Notes under the pieces: generated by a model | What the model saw: only the letters and a program-made list of their open reading frames with translations | What the model was told of the DNA's origin: nothing | Database searches by the model: none | Source: Lama guanicoe | Lineage: Eukaryota | DNA length: 64,000 nt | Assembly (NCBI GenBank): GCA_013239625.1 | Contig: MU054323.1 | Span: 13,127,950 to 13,191,949 of the forward strand | Reading direction: 5' to 3' | Made by a program: the position numbers and the translations under genes | Part shown: in pieces, positions 23,941 to 37,417 of the stretch | Layout: every line of letters starts with the position of its first letter | How positions within the stretch are numbered: position 1 is the stretch's first letter

Positions 23941-26939
23941 AAGATTTGGGGGAAAAAAAAAAAGGATGTGTTACGCTGAAGACTGCGCTCTTAATGATTT
24001 TGTCGAGAAGTCTGTCTGTCTTCGCCCTGTTTTGCGAACTCAGCTTGCTGTTTCCAGAGGCCCTCGGTTGGCATCCTCGTCTATGCTGCTCCCAGTGCCT
24101 GTCAGCTAGCAGATTGCTCCCCCTCCCAGCACCGCGGTTAGGTGCTGTGTTCCTGCCAGGAAGGTGGGTGGCGGCTTGCCCTCTCCCAGTGCTGGTAGAT
24201 CCGCTGCTCTGTGCAGCTGCCTGCTGCATCTCAGGTCCGCACTCCTTAGGTGGCCTCGGGGAAGACCTCGAAACAGCCCCACCCCTGCTCCATGCCTAAA
24301 CTCAGCTCCTTGCTTGTCTTGGCACCTAGGAGGTTGCGGAGCCCTCATGTGCAGATTCAGGTCTTGGCAGGCCCCTGCCCGGGCGCTGCACACAGGAGGA
24401 GATGGTGGCTGTGGCTGGGCACTGCCTCTCTTCTCACAAGATGCGCCACTAATGGTGCCTTGGGTCTGAGGAGACAAAGGCTATGGCACCCCTCCCCCCC
24501 AGGGCACACCAGCAGTGTTGCTTTGCTTTTTTTTTCATAATTGATGGGGGGCCCAGGTTGTTCTGCTCTGTATCCCCTCCCAGCCACAGCACGCAGCACC
24601 CTGCAGTCCCCTGGGGCTGCCTCCGTGCAGTTGCCCCAATCCTCTGCCCGGCTTGGGCAGCCTGTCCTGGCCCCCAGCTGCTGGCTGGGTGTCGCAGGGA
24701 CCCCTTGTGCCGGTTTAACTTGGTTCTGTCAGTCAAGGGCTGCCCCGTACAGATCTGAGCCTTGGAGGTTCCCATCTGTCCCACTGGCCTCTCTGTTGGA
24801 GAGGGGGATTCAGCGAACGAGCGCCATTCCTCCTTTGAGGCTCCCTCCCCACAGGACCAGCCCCACACTGTTTTGCTTTTTCTTCTTTCTAGTTTCCTTT
24901 TCTCCTACCAGATTCGTGTTATCTTTGTCTTTTGAAGAGGGCGATGTTCTGTTGGAGTTCAGCAGGTGCTCTGGTTGGCTGGGTGGGTCCGCGGATGTGA
25001 GTTTTGGTGTATTTGTGGGAGAGGGTGAGCTACAAGTGTCCTTCTACTCCACCATCTTGGTCCCGCCCTTGACCCATTTTCTTATTGGATTTTGTTCTCA
25101 TTGGGTTACCCAGTTGTTTTATCATCAATTTGTAAGAGACCTTTCTATCTAATACCCTTACTTTCCACGTGTGTTGCAGATACCCTTTCTTATCTCTTAT
25201 TTCATAATTAACTGTATTTGTGTCTTCTTATACACCATTTCTGTTTTTGAAAGTTAATATAATTTTTCCCAAAGTGAAATTTGAATAATTTGCTTAGAAA
25301 TTCCAGTGCCAAATAAGGCAACTACTGGGAGAGCAAATCTGGCCTTGTGTATCCAGAAGGTGAAGAGGCACCGCCTTCACCGTGTTCTCTGAAGAGACCT
25401 GCCACGCCAGGCATGCTTGGGGCACGCACCCACCAAAGTTTGTTAGGAGCCCTATCATCCTACTATGGGACTATCCTACATGGCAAGATTTGCTTGACCA
25501 GATTTTGCTGCTTCTCATATAGTTTTGTACTCATTGCGCTTCAGACATATTGAAATCAGCCATGTTTTTTCACTGGATAGTGCTGGCTTTAAGGAAAACC
25601 CAGCATTTCCAGCTGTGTGGGTCTTGCAGGTCCTGTAGGGCAGTGGATATTTTATTTCAGCTGGACCAAACCCTGAAAGAGGAATGGAACAGATGTTTGA
25701 ATTTGGTTAAATGCTTTCAATATTTATTACTTAGGTGACCTAGTTTAGCAGCAATTGTAATAGAAAAAAACAAGGCCATTTGAGAAAAACACAGTTTATT
25801 GCATTCACCTTAAAAATCAAAAGACTTCTCCCTTTTTATTTTATTTAGTTTGAATGTGGGGAAATAAAACCCTGAGGGAGTCTCTTCCCACTCCGAACAG
25901 ATATTTACATGAACACTACATTAAAAAATAGTTTCCTCTATGAAGTACTCTTTTAATGTGACTAGAGATCAGTTCTGGAGCTACAGTCCTTGATGTGCTT
26001 GAATTTCAGAGCTGGGGGACTTTGATCCTTACACCTTATAAATGAGGAATTTGACTCACAGCTTTCAAAGATTCAGTGGCACAGGCAGAAGTATGATTTG
26101 AATTCCCAGATCCAATTCAGTGTTGTTTATCCTTACTTCATCTTGGGTTCTGTGGATGCCCTGACCTGCAGAAGTGAGCTCTTGGATCTGGGTACCACTG
26201 TATCCATCCTTGACTCTCTCACTGCCTGTCTCAGAGCTTAATGTAAGGAAGATGCGGACTAGGAAGAGGGGAGGTTGTAGAACAGCTTGTCTGACAGGTT
26301 CCCACTGTCTTTCCCATTTTTCCAGGTTTACAGGTCATGAGAAGGGAGTGTACAAAGTTCACTTCCAAAACCAAAAACCACAGATGTCTCTTCCAGCTGC
26401 CATTAGGGTCCAGGATGGAGAGTTCACTAAAAATTCACGTAGCTACAACAGCTACAAAAATGCTCTGGGAAAAGAATTTAGAGAATGAGCAAAGTTAGGT
26501 ATGAAAGGCTTCCCAGACAAGTGGATAGAGGTTATTTCGCACTTATGGCAGACTAGACATTAATTCCTTACAGTGTCGTGGAGAATGGAACGTTACGGGA
26601 GCAGAGGCTGAAATCTCATTGTGTGGTTTAAGGAGCAGCTATCAAAGTGAAGAGTGTTAGAAAGCAGGAGGAAAAAAATGGAAATGATAATATTGGGGAC
26701 AGAACCATCTACTTGATTATTACTGTAAAATTAGCATCTTAAATGGTTGGCTAAAAGGAGACAAAAATGTATTTGGAATTGGCTGAGATGAACAAGCCTT
26801 GCATTGTATCATCCAGAAATACCGAAAGATGGGTAACAGGAAGATAAGAAACCTGCCTTTCCCCTCCTTTCACTGCCAAGCTGATTTTTGTTTAGTTTTG
26901 GATTTTTTTTTAAAGAATCTGGAGCCTGTTTTTAATGAG

Positions 26940-27710
26940 ATTTTAAAAAATATTGTGGTAAAATATATATAGCAAAATTTGCATTTCAACCTTTTAAAAA
27001 ATTTTATTTTGTATTGATGTATAGTCAGTTTACAGTGTTGTGTCAGTTTCTGGCATACATCATAATGTTTCAGACATACATATATTCCTTTTCATATTCT
27101 TTTTCATTGTAGATTACTACAAGATACTGAATAGACTTACCTGTGTGTTTTAACCTTAAGTATACAAGTCATTGTCATTAATTACGTTCATGCTGTTGTG
27201 CACTCATCACCACTATGTTTCCAAAAGTTTTCATCACCCCAAACAGAAACTCTGTACTGCCTATTAAACTCTAACTCTCCCACTATTTTGATAACCTACA
27301 TTCTACTTGTGTTTCTCTGTATTTGCCTATTCTAGGTACCTCACTTAAGTGAAATCATACAAAATTTATTGTGTATCTGGCTTATTTCACTTCATGTCAT
27401 GTTTTCAAGTTTCTTCCAGGTTGTAGCATGTATCACAACTTTCCTTTTCATGGTCGAGTAATATTCCATTGTGTTTGTGTCACTTTTTTTTTTTAATCCA
27501 TTTATCTGTCAAAGAACATGCCTTGGATGGTTTCTGCCTTTCACCTGTTATGAATGATGCTGCAGTAAACATTGGGGTACATGTATCTGTTCAAGTCCCT
27601 CTTTTCAGCTCTTCGGGGACATATACTTGGGAGTGGAATTGCTCGACTATATGGTAACTCTCCCTTTAGCTTTTAGAGGAAGTGCAAACTGTATGTCATA
27701 GTGGCTGTGG
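26940..27710 (-). mobile_element. Older L1 (L1MA/MB-like) 3' end containing a nested younger L1 tail
   Basis: TGGCTTATTTCACTT...AATATTCCATTGT...GCTGCAGTAAACATTGGGGTACATGTATCTGTTCAAGTCCCT...GGAGTGGAATTGCT. Confidence 0.85.
26994..27147 (-). mobile_element. Short younger L1 3' tail nested in the older L1
   Basis: TATTGATGTATAGTCAGTTTACAGTGTTGTGTCAGTTTCTGG resembles the other young L1 3' ends in the window; flanked by tttcaacctt (26984-93) / ttttaacctt (27148-57). Confidence 0.75.
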
Positions 27711-29124
27711 TGCTAGGTTCCCTGACTCTGTTGAAGACTCATGGAGGGCTTTCACTCGTAGGTGTGAGTAATTGACCCTAGAGCTTCTGAATGGGACTTA
27801 AATTCCAGACTCACTATTTACAGATTAACTTCAGAATTTCTTTCTGTAACTTTTTTTTTGAAACAAGCATTGCTTTTAACTATACCTTTGGGTAATCTCT
27901 GAGTATGAACTCTAGGATTATCAGAGGGGTAAAATCTATGCCTGTGTCATCCACCTAATTGGTGGAGGGGAGCAAAAGAAATTTAACAGCTGCGTGTGTG
28001 TGTGCATTAGGAGTTGTTCTGGGTATTTTCACACACTGAAAATAATTCCATTTCACGTTTGTCTTTATATTAACGTTTTGGGATGGATATCATTACCCTA
28101 ATATTGCAATGAGGAAATTGAGAGAATTCTCCCCTTCCTTCCCATGGTAAGTGGTAGAGTGAGGATTTGGTTCCTAGAATTTGATTAAAAGGCCTTGCAG
28201 TTGACACTTCCCTGGTAGGGTAGATGTCTTAATTATTGTTTACATTTTGCAATTTTCTTGGGTTACATTTAGTTAGATTTTTCTCTGGCCTCTCTTACTT
28301 TAGATAAATAGGAGATGGCAACAATTTCTTTTAATTTGTGTTCAGGGATGCTGTCCCAAGTAACCAAATGTAGCAACTCATTTTTGACAAAACCAAGGAG
28401 TTTGGTTTTTAACAATATTTCCTTCCATGATTACTTGCTGAATAAATCATGAAAATCTTGAACTAAGTTTAGTTATCTGTGATTTTCAGAGTTTTTGAAC
28501 TGTTTTTGAAACAGTTCTTTTGAAACTTTTGAAAGATATTACATCATCCTTTGCAGATAGGATATCTGGCTCATTAGCATGTAGCTTTGATTATTAGAAA
28601 TAGAAGAAAATAGCAGAGAATGTGCAGTGCTGGAATTTCTTTGTCTTTCACTCTTTTTTTCCTCTTGCTATTTGTTTTCTTTTTTCTTTTTGTGAATACT
28701 AAGTAATATTGCCATCTTACACGAATGGAACGTTTTCTACTTTATTTTTTCCTTCCAGTTTTATTGATGTTTTCTACTTTTAAGAGTACTTGTAAATAGA
28801 TGATCTCATTTGATAAGGCTTTAAAAATTAGATAATTTCATTTGTATCTTGTAAACTCTTGCAGAATGGTTTAAACACATAAAAAACGGAATAGTACAAA
28901 GAAACCCCAAAGTATCCATCCTCCAGCTTTCCTAATTACCCGTTCAGAGCCAACCGTGTTCATTTATACTCTGCCCATTCCTCTCCTCCCTCTGATAATT
29001 TTGAAGCCAATTCGTAAATATTTCAGCTTGTATCCGTAAAAGATAAGGGCTCTTAATACATCCTTGAGACCGTTATCTGATAATGGGGAAGTTCTTCAAA
29101 CTGCTCTGTTAGACCTTTTGACCT

Positions 29125-30260
29125 TCTGGGTCTGTAGTGATGTCACCTCTCATTCCTGATACTGATAACTTGTCTTCTTTCTCTTTTTGTTTATCCAGAA
29201 ATTTATTGGTTTTACTGATCTTCTCAAAAAAAAAAAAAACAGCTTTCACTAACTTTTCTCCCCAATTTCACTAATTTCTGCTCTGATCTTTGTTTCGTTT
29301 TATTTTGGGTTTAATTTTTTTCTCCTTGTTCCTTTGTGTGGAAGTTGAGGTCATTGATTTGAGACCTTCTTCTCTAATATAGGTATTTAACACTACAAAT
29401 TTGCTCCTTGCTAGTGATTTAGACAGCATCTCATAAATTTGAATAGGTTGTGTTTTCATTTTCATTGAGTTCAAAATACTTTATAATTTCCCTTTTGATT
29501 TCTTCTTTGATCCATTGGTTATTTTGAAGTTTGTTTTTTAGCTTATAACTATCTGGAGCATTTTCTAAAGATCTTTCCATTACTGATTTCTAATTTAATT
29601 CTCTTACGGCCAGAGAACATAATTTGTGTGACTCACATCCTTTAAAATGTTACTGAAACTTTTTATAGGGCCCTGGATATGGTTCATCTTGGTCAATAGT
29701 CTGTATGCACTTGAAAGACATGAATTCTGCTGTTGGGTAGAGTGTTCCATGAATGTCAGTTAGATTAAGTTCATTGTGTTACTCGCTTTCTGTATCCTTA
29801 CTGATTTCTTGTGTACTTGTTCTGTAGGTTATTGAGAGGTGTTGAGCCTGCAGTGATAACTAAAAAGGTTTATCTATTTCTATTTCCCACAAATTTTTTG
29901 TTTTAATTTAAGTTTTTTGCTTCACATATTTTGAAGCTCTGTTACTTAACTTCACAACTGTTTAGGAGTCGTATGTCCTCTTGATGAATTGACCCTCACC
30001 CTTAGGAAGTGATGCTTTTTGTTCCTGATAATAGTCTTTGCTTGAAATCTACTCTGCCTCTTACTAACCTAGCTGCAGCAGCTGTATTTTTCAGATGAAT
30101 GTTAACATATTACATCTTTTTTCATCCTTTTACTTTTAACCGATGTTCGTCTTTTTAAAGTGGGTTTGTTGTAAGCAGTGTACAGTTGGGTCTTGCTTTT
30201 TGTCTTGTCTGATGATCTTTGACTTTTAATTGAGTTGTTTTGACCATTTGCATTTTTTCA
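29125..30260 (-). mobile_element. Old L1 ORF2 (endonuclease-region) fragment
   Basis: The degenerate translation in ORF 29271-29474 resembles L1 ORF2, and characteristic antisense L1 text runs to TTGGGTCTTGCTTTT. Confidence 0.8.
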
Positions 30261-31000
30261 AGCACTTAATTTCAGTCCAGTTCATTTTTTATCTTCCAGA
30301 TGTTAGGATAATTTTATTAAACTTTCCACAAGGAAGCTTTGCTCACCCTGTTTCTTAGAGTCACCTCTCCTTGCAGCTCCTTTATTGCAGCCCCCTCTCC
30401 CCTAGGAACGTGGGATTAGGGGGGTTGGAGAATTCCTTGAATGTTTTCATGTAGTCAGGTCCAGAGGACTCTCTCTTAACGAGGGCTGTTCCAAGACATG
30501 GGGTGCCTCTGGGAGTGTCTTTAGGTCAGGCACTTGTCTAGAGGAGAGCGTGCCGACCGTGAGAGGGAAGAGTGGGTGTGGAGAATTGTTGGTGCAGCTC
30601 TCAGCCTTTCTCCTTCACTCCAGACAACTCGTGTTAGGCCCCAAATACATGTGATCTGCTTGGCAGAACCAAAACCACAGTTGATGGGACTCACCTTCCC
30701 TAGAGAGGAACCTTAGTAAAAACTGTCATTTTGCTGTTGTTGTTGCCATCTCATTACGTTTTTAATGATATTCTAGCATCCCTTGTAGATGGCTGCCCAG
30801 GCAACTTGAGTTCAGGGGCCACCTTCTGTCTGAGTGTAACTTCCAAAAGACACATGAGGGGGTTGTGTGTTGTTTATCCATTTCTTCATTGTCGAGTCTG
30901 GCCCCAGCATTTCTGTGGACTTCTCCATTGCTCCTCCAGAGGCCACTGGCTCTTTACTCATGTGGTCACTGTAACTGGTGGTAGTAGGACATGCTGACAG

Positions 31001-31222
31001 CAGTGTTTCTCAGTCTCAGAACTGTTGACATTTTCAGCCAGGTAATTTCTTCTTGTGAAAAGACAGTCCTGCACATCACAGAATTTTAGTAGCATCCCTG
31101 GCTTCTACTCACTAGATAAGAACACCTTACTTCCAAGTCCTGATACCTGAAACTGTCTCCAGATACCATACCAAGTGTCCGAGGGGGAGAGGGGCAAAAC
31201 CACCCCTAGTTAAGAACCACTG
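31001..31222 (-). mobile_element. MER20-like hAT-Charlie element
   Basis: CAGTGTTTCTCAGTCTCAG...AGCATCCCTGGCTTCTAC...TGTCTCCAGA...GTTAAGAACCACTG, with terminal inverted repeats CAGTG/CACTG. Confidence 0.85.
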
Positions 31223-31636
31223 GTGTAAAAGAAAATTAGTTCCACTTGGGTGTGTTTACCGTGTTTATTCATGATGACCACAAAGCCCCCTCAGTTCCCA
31301 CGTCTCTCCCCCCAGTATCTATCTCCCTTAATTTTATTTTTTTCAGTCCCTATTGTCCTTTTCATCTCACTTGAAGTCTAAGACTTTTTCTTTGCTTGCC
31401 CCCTCCGTTGATGTTTTCAGTGTAATCTTTCCACTTCTCCTGTTCTGATGATGGTGCTCGCTTGTTTCGTTTTGCTGCCTCTGTGTTGATTCTGGCACGC
31501 TGCAGCCCTCACTCACTCTGTTACTGGAAGTCTGTGCTGCCCTTGGGTCTCCTCATCAGTGGCCTTTTCACCTCCTCATTCTTGTTTGATCTGATAGATA
31601 ATTTTCTAGGAGTGGGGCAAACACTTGTCTCCCCTT

Positions 31637-31655
31637 GTGTGTGTGTGTGTGTGTG
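31637..31655. repeat. (TG)9 microsatellite
   Basis: Perfect TG run followed by TGAG units. Confidence 0.9.
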
Positions 31656-33567
31656 AGTGAGTGATGCTGCCCTGTGACCTCTTCCCATTTGCTTTTCTTT
31701 GCCCTTCCCTAAGTGCACGTTGTCCTTGAACTTTGCAGGAAAGAGCTTTTCTCCATCCAGTCATAGCTTGCTCTTCCTATTTAGTTTGGTGTGTTCTTTT
31801 CGTTGAGAAGCATTCGCCCACAATTTTGAGCAATTTGGCACACGACCGGGGCACACATGATCTCTTGAATTTTGCAAAGAGAAACAGGCCCCGAAAGACT
31901 GGAGGTGACTTCTCCATGGCTTCTTCCTGCAGCACTGTTTCCTCTCCTGGTTCTTCCCTGTCCTCATTACAAACCTGAGTGCCCTGATCATAGTGGAAAG
32001 GGCTCACTCATGTCAGACTGGCCTTCTGTGGGAAACGTTTTATGGCCTGTTGGAGGCTCCCTCCTGTGAGGTCCAAAGCCCTTTTCCTACGTGGAAAAGG
32101 GCTCGTGTGCTGCCAGATCCTCCCACCCGCTCCACAGGTCAAATAATGGATTTAGTAGAAATATGGAAAACTTTAGTCCATTCTTGTGCCAAAAATTGCC
32201 ACTATGAAGGAAGAAGTGTAAACAGTGTGTGACTAATCTTTTCTTTTAGGGAAAGAAGTTTTATGTAATTGTTTCCCCTCTGCTTACAAAGATACAGAGG
32301 TTTCTACAGATTCGAGTCTTCAGATGGCCGGCCCTACCCCTGACTTCTGGCCTGCATTTCTGTTCTTCCACGTGTCACCAGTAAACCACCTATCAGCTGT
32401 CCCACCTGACATAACCCCGGTCCTATCATTACTGAAACAGCACTGTTGTCGGGGCCGGGGACCTACAACCCAGCTCCATGGCCTTTTCCAGTTGTTGATT
32501 TTCTTGGTTTTTCTGCAGCAATTTTCTGGTGGTTCAGTCTCCTCTCCACCTAGAAACTCTCTTCTACTTAACAATTCTGGATCTATGTTATTCTTGTTTT
32601 TATCTCCTGATTTTTTTTCTTCCCATTTTCTCTTTGTGTCCCCACCACTGAATGTGACTGCCCTCTAAGACTCTGTGGTTCCATATTTTTTTCTGAAACA
32701 TGTTTGCCTTTGAAAGAAGTTGGCCCCTCTTAGCACATCACTATTCCTAAACCCAGAGGCTTTTGTTATCTGCTCCCCGGAGATCCACCCCTCATTGCTG
32801 TCTCTAAAACTAACATAATGGTCTTCCTCACACACTGGCCCTTTCTTCTGACCTCTTTTAACTCAGCCTTCCTCTTTGCTTTTACTTTTCCCCTTGGCCT
32901 TGAACCCAAAATACCCTTCTGGTCAACCAGGCTGGAAACCTTCATCATCGTTTGACTCTTTTTCCTTTTGTTCACCACCCCTCTCACCCCTTAACTGAAT
33001 CTTCAAGTCCTGTTACTCCTACTGGTAGTGACTTCTAGCCAGTTCTAGATTTATTCCCTTTGGATGTTGTCTGAAGACTTTTTGCCATAGGAGATGAAGA
33101 CTCAGCTTACTCATTTCACCTCCTGCTCCCCAACCTTCCCTCTCCATCATTACTATTCAGAGTTTCACTGCTTCTGCAAACTCCACCCACACACTGAAAC
33201 CTCTGCTGCTTCCTGTATCAATCTCACCTCTCAAGGTTGTCCATGTTCTCTCATGACCCTCCATTTTGTAAGATGAGGGCAGTGGCCCAGCCTCTCTTCC
33301 CTCCACTTCTCCCCTTCCTCTTCCAGAATTTGCCAGCCGCCTCCAGCTAATTCTGTACATTGATATCACCTGAGTTGGTCACATGGCTGGTGTCTAGTGG
33401 TTAGAGGCTTCACAGTGTTGTCTGTGGGTGTTCCACTCGATGCCAAGCCAAGTACAGGGCGTTGGGTTGCTCCCTCCACCTGTGTCTGTTTCTGTGCTTT
33501 TTGAAGTAGTGTGTTCATAGCATCTCATTGGAATGAATTTTCCCTTTTTCCATTCCAGCAATTGCAT

Positions 33568-33570
<3 letters not shown>

Positions 33571-33606
<36 letters not shown>
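33571..33606. repeat. (CA)18 microsatellite
   Basis: Perfect CA run. Confidence 0.97.
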
Positions 33607-33612
<6 letters not shown>

Positions 33613-36600
33613 GTCAAGTTTCTCCAACATCTCAGTCATGTTTTCCATTCTTCTGACTCCCCTTTTTCCCCTAGGCTCATTCTCATGGAGCTTCTTGGCT
33701 TCCTGGTTGCCTAACAACCTTCCTTTTTGGGGGAAATATGGGAAACCAGTCCTGAAGCTAGGGGAACCCAATGTATTAGAATGAGAGAGCATTATTCTTG
33801 GGGAGTAAGTTTTGTGGTTTATACCACATAGTTCCATTCTTCTAGAGAAGAATACTCTTTTTTTTTTCCCCCCTGTTGGGGGTAGAAGCCTGACTTTGGA
33901 TGTTCTCTTTGCTAGAATTGGGGAGAACAGTTGCTTTCATATGTAGCCTTTTTAGTGAAGACATTATCACCCTGTGCTTTCCTTGGTTTCAGCATCCAGA
34001 ACCTCTCTGTGGTCTCCTGAGGACATGGCTTCCTCTGTGCCTTTACTCACAGAGTGATTTTCGACCAGTGTCCTGACCCATTAGGGAGTCAGGAAGTCAT
34101 GACATGAATGTAATCATTCAAGATTGTTGTTTTAAAAAAAAGAGAGTATCAGTGTCCTTTGCATAGTAAGGATAAATACAGTTTAGTAATACTTAACTAT
34201 ATAGAAAAACAAACATACATATGGATGTATACTGTATCTCCATGTATATGTACTTACTCTAGGCTGAGATAAAAGAAGTTAAAACATTCAGGCATGGCTC
34301 ACTCCATGCTGCTACAGCAGTCAGCATTTCTCAGTCTGCGTTGATCTCTTATGGATTTGTTGAATGTTTCATGTGTGTGATAATGAGTGAAGCAGCTACA
34401 TGATAAGCTACATGAAGCACATGTAGCGTCCTTGGTCAGTACCTGTGCCACACATCGGAAAGGATGCTGGAGCAGAGACCCCAGGGTCTTCAGCTCTGCC
34501 AAATGTGGATTTCTTACTTATGGGGTTGAGTGGTTATCTTGGGGAATCCAATGGAGGGAGAGAGGAACACTAAGGGGCTTGGGACAGTGGATCTTTGTCA
34601 TAACAGAGTATTTCAGTATTTTAATGATGAGTGTGGCTGTCCTGTTGCATAACAGCCAACTGTCAACTCTGGATTTCTTTCTTTCTTTTTTTTTTTCCCC
34701 TTACCTATAATTTTTAGGCCTTCTTTGGAGGAAGGGAAAATGTATAGGTGCCCCAAATCCGTTTTGAATCAGAGGCCCTCTAATTTTTATTTTAATCTAA
34801 TTTTCTCTAAACATCTTACTTTTCCATTAAAAATTAATTATAATGCTATTGATCATTAATCTTTTTTTCTCAAAGGGAGCACGGGAAGAGCAGAGAAAAT
34901 CCTAACTGAAAGGAGATTATTTTTTTCTCCCCTTGGAGATTGAAAATACTTGAGATGCTTGGGTAAGAGAGAAGAAAAAGAAGCGTTGAAGAGGGTATCT
35001 ATTTGTAGGCTGAGAGGTGATCCAAAGTGGAAATAACTCTGAAGGATGAACTTAGAGGAAAAGGCAAATACCAACCGTGAAGGAGGAAGTGAGAGGACAG
35101 GAGGATGGTGATGACACTTGATGCCTGTTCGTGGGACGAGTGAGGGGACAGTTGCCTCTACTTGCCCCATGTGGTGTCACTTACGACTTTGCTTCTTCAT
35201 GAGACATGAGACAGAGTGGCTGTCTGTTCATGTGTGTGTGTCTTTGTGAGTACATGTGTTTATTCAGATCCTGGCGTTGGAGGAGAGTGAAGGCGGGGGA
35301 GAGGAGGCCCAGCTGTGTGTATTCTCACATTTGCTGTGTGTGGGTCCCTTGCAGGATAGACGGCAGTGAGGCTTCAGGACCGTTACTCGCTGCCTGCAGT
35401 TGGTAATGGCTGAGGCTTGTTCCTCACGTTCTAGCCCTGGTGCAGCTGTCCTATTTATTCATTACCCTTCTGTTAAGTTTTGGGAAAAGAAGCCCATGCG
35501 TACGTGTACTGTGAGCGCATTTCCTGCTGCCTCCCACTTCCTTGGTTCAGAGGGGAGAGAAAGGGAGGACCTCAACCAGAAGGCAGACCCCATATTCGCC
35601 CTTATGTGGCGTAGTCAGAGCGGGAATTAGTTGCCTCAGCTCCAGGGTCTCTCGGAGCACTAGCTGTGCTCCTTTGAACAGGAGTGAGCCTGTACGTCTC
35701 TCAGCAGGTCCCAGCCGTCTGGTGACAGGGTTGACAGCATAGCTGAGGAGCGAGGTGCCCCTGAGATGGGAAGGAGAGCTTCCTCTTTCCACGAGGCTGA
35801 CAGAGTAGCCTGATGGTTCTTTTCCATCACCACCAGATGTGTCCAGCTGGTCCCATTTTCTACTCCATCCCAATCAAACGCACTTAAAGCTCAAACCAAC
35901 ACTTACATCATCAAAACAAAAGTGTTTACAACGTTAAGCCTTAGGCTTTTAGTAACTTAAGCCATTCATCCAATAACGAAAGAATGGCCTCCCATGGCAT
36001 TGCGTCTGAGAAAATCTAGGCACAGGATCGTTTCCTAGGCTTTCCTGAGACTGCAGGGTTGAAAGTGATAGATTTAGGTCACTAACTGGTTAAGAGGGGA
36101 GCACCCTTAATCCCAGCCTCTTCTGTTCCTGTGTCTCTCATGGATGCCTTGTCCACACAGTAGCTCACGAGTCCCAACTGGAAAGAATCCAGTAGGCTGG
36201 GTTTCTTCGAGACTCTGTTCCTGCTTTTGATGAGACACCATGTGGGTGTGTTTGGTGGCTTGACAATTTTACCTTTCACAGTGACCAGTGGTGGTGTCAT
36301 TTCTTCCTCTTGTTCAGATAGTCCCTTATCAGGGCCAGTCTTCGGGGCTTTGTGGCACCTTATTAGCGTGAGTAGAGCCCAGTCAACCATTTCCCCAGGT
36401 TACACTGTGGTAGTTTGGAAATGCTTTGTTTGGTTCACAAGGCTTTAATGTGTCACAGTCAGTGACATTCAAGATGACACCAGAGAGCAAGTTTCCTTCC
36501 AAAGGCTCAATTTGCTGCTAAAATGCTCTTTCCTAACAATTTTAGTAGCAAGTTTACCTTTTCCAGAATTAGTTGGTATATCTTTGTTTATTATTTGTCT

Positions 36601-37417
36601 TAGTGAATGACTTCAGTTCTGTCCCTCAGGGAGAGATTTAACCTGGGTGAAGGCTCATTTTAAAGTATACACTGCATGCAGCAGAAGAGAACCATCGTAG
36701 AAAAGGGTTCTAGCCGGAGGGTGGAAACACAGTAATCGTGTTCCAGAGTCCTCAGAAGTCTTGACTCATGTCATTGGTAAAATTACGTCTTAGGTTATTA
36801 TTCTTAGGAACTAGTAACTATGAAACATTTAACTTAAATGGTACAGTTATCATTTATGAGATAGTCCATAAAAATATTAAAATAAATGTTAACTACAATA
36901 AATGATGAATGTGTGTTTTCCTAGTCGTCATCATTTATATTTTATAAAATTATGAAAGTTTTCAGTTTTTCTATGTTGAGATTTTTACAAGAATTTGTTT
37001 TCCTAGCCCTGTGTGGCAGAGAGTACACAGTACAGATGAGGGAACTGAGGCTCAGAGAGGTTCAGTACCTTTTTTATATCATTACCTGTTCGTGGGTGTT
37101 TTTGTCTTAAATACAACTTCTGCGTGTGTTACGTGAGGACTCAGGGTAGCTGTGCTGTAAATCCTTTGATGGGCTCCACGTGGTGGCCTATGTGTCCTCA
37201 GGCTTCTTGACGAGGTGGAGTCCCCTTGATGTTGGAGATTTCCGAGAGTAAGTGATTAGTTCTTCCTATGTCATGACTACAGTTAATGAAGGAAAAAATT
37301 AGCCTTGCATGGAAGCTTTATGCCCCTTTCTAAGTTTAAGTGACCTCTTACTCTTTCCTTCTTGATTGACTTTTAAAAGTCCATCTTTAACTTTATCTTT
37401 ACTGTATTTCTTCCCAG

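Larger units (their letters stand above)
21126..25066 (-). mobile_element. LINE-1 with intact 5' and 3' ends and an internal deletion of most of ORF2 (about 3.94 kb)
   Basis: Read on the minus strand: 5' end GCGGGACCAAGATGGTGGAGTAG (YY1-like motif), GC-rich 5'UTR, ORF1, inter-ORF spacer, first 48 codons of ORF2, ORF2 C-terminus, 3'UTR and A-rich tail. 17-bp TSD ccttgatccgttttctt (21109-21125) / ccttgacccattttctt (25067-25083). Confidence 0.93.
1..37417 (+). other. LTBP1: 3' part of the large upstream LTBP1L intron (donor lies outside the window)
   Basis: No LTBP1-like coding sequence recognised upstream of 37418; repeat-rich. Confidence 0.8.

Noticed and set aside
23906..24868. Cluster of overlapping 80-139 aa ORFs on both strands
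   Set aside because: Expected from the stop-poor GC-rich L1 5'UTR; only the frame crossing the L1 end was kept, as a speculative finding.
33394..33837. ORFs with CVCVCV / HTHTHT runs
   Set aside because: Artefacts of the (CA)18 microsatellite.
34065..34290. Possible Charlie-type DNA transposon remnant (similar case at about 38850-38970)
   Set aside because: Too degenerate to assign termini or family by eye.
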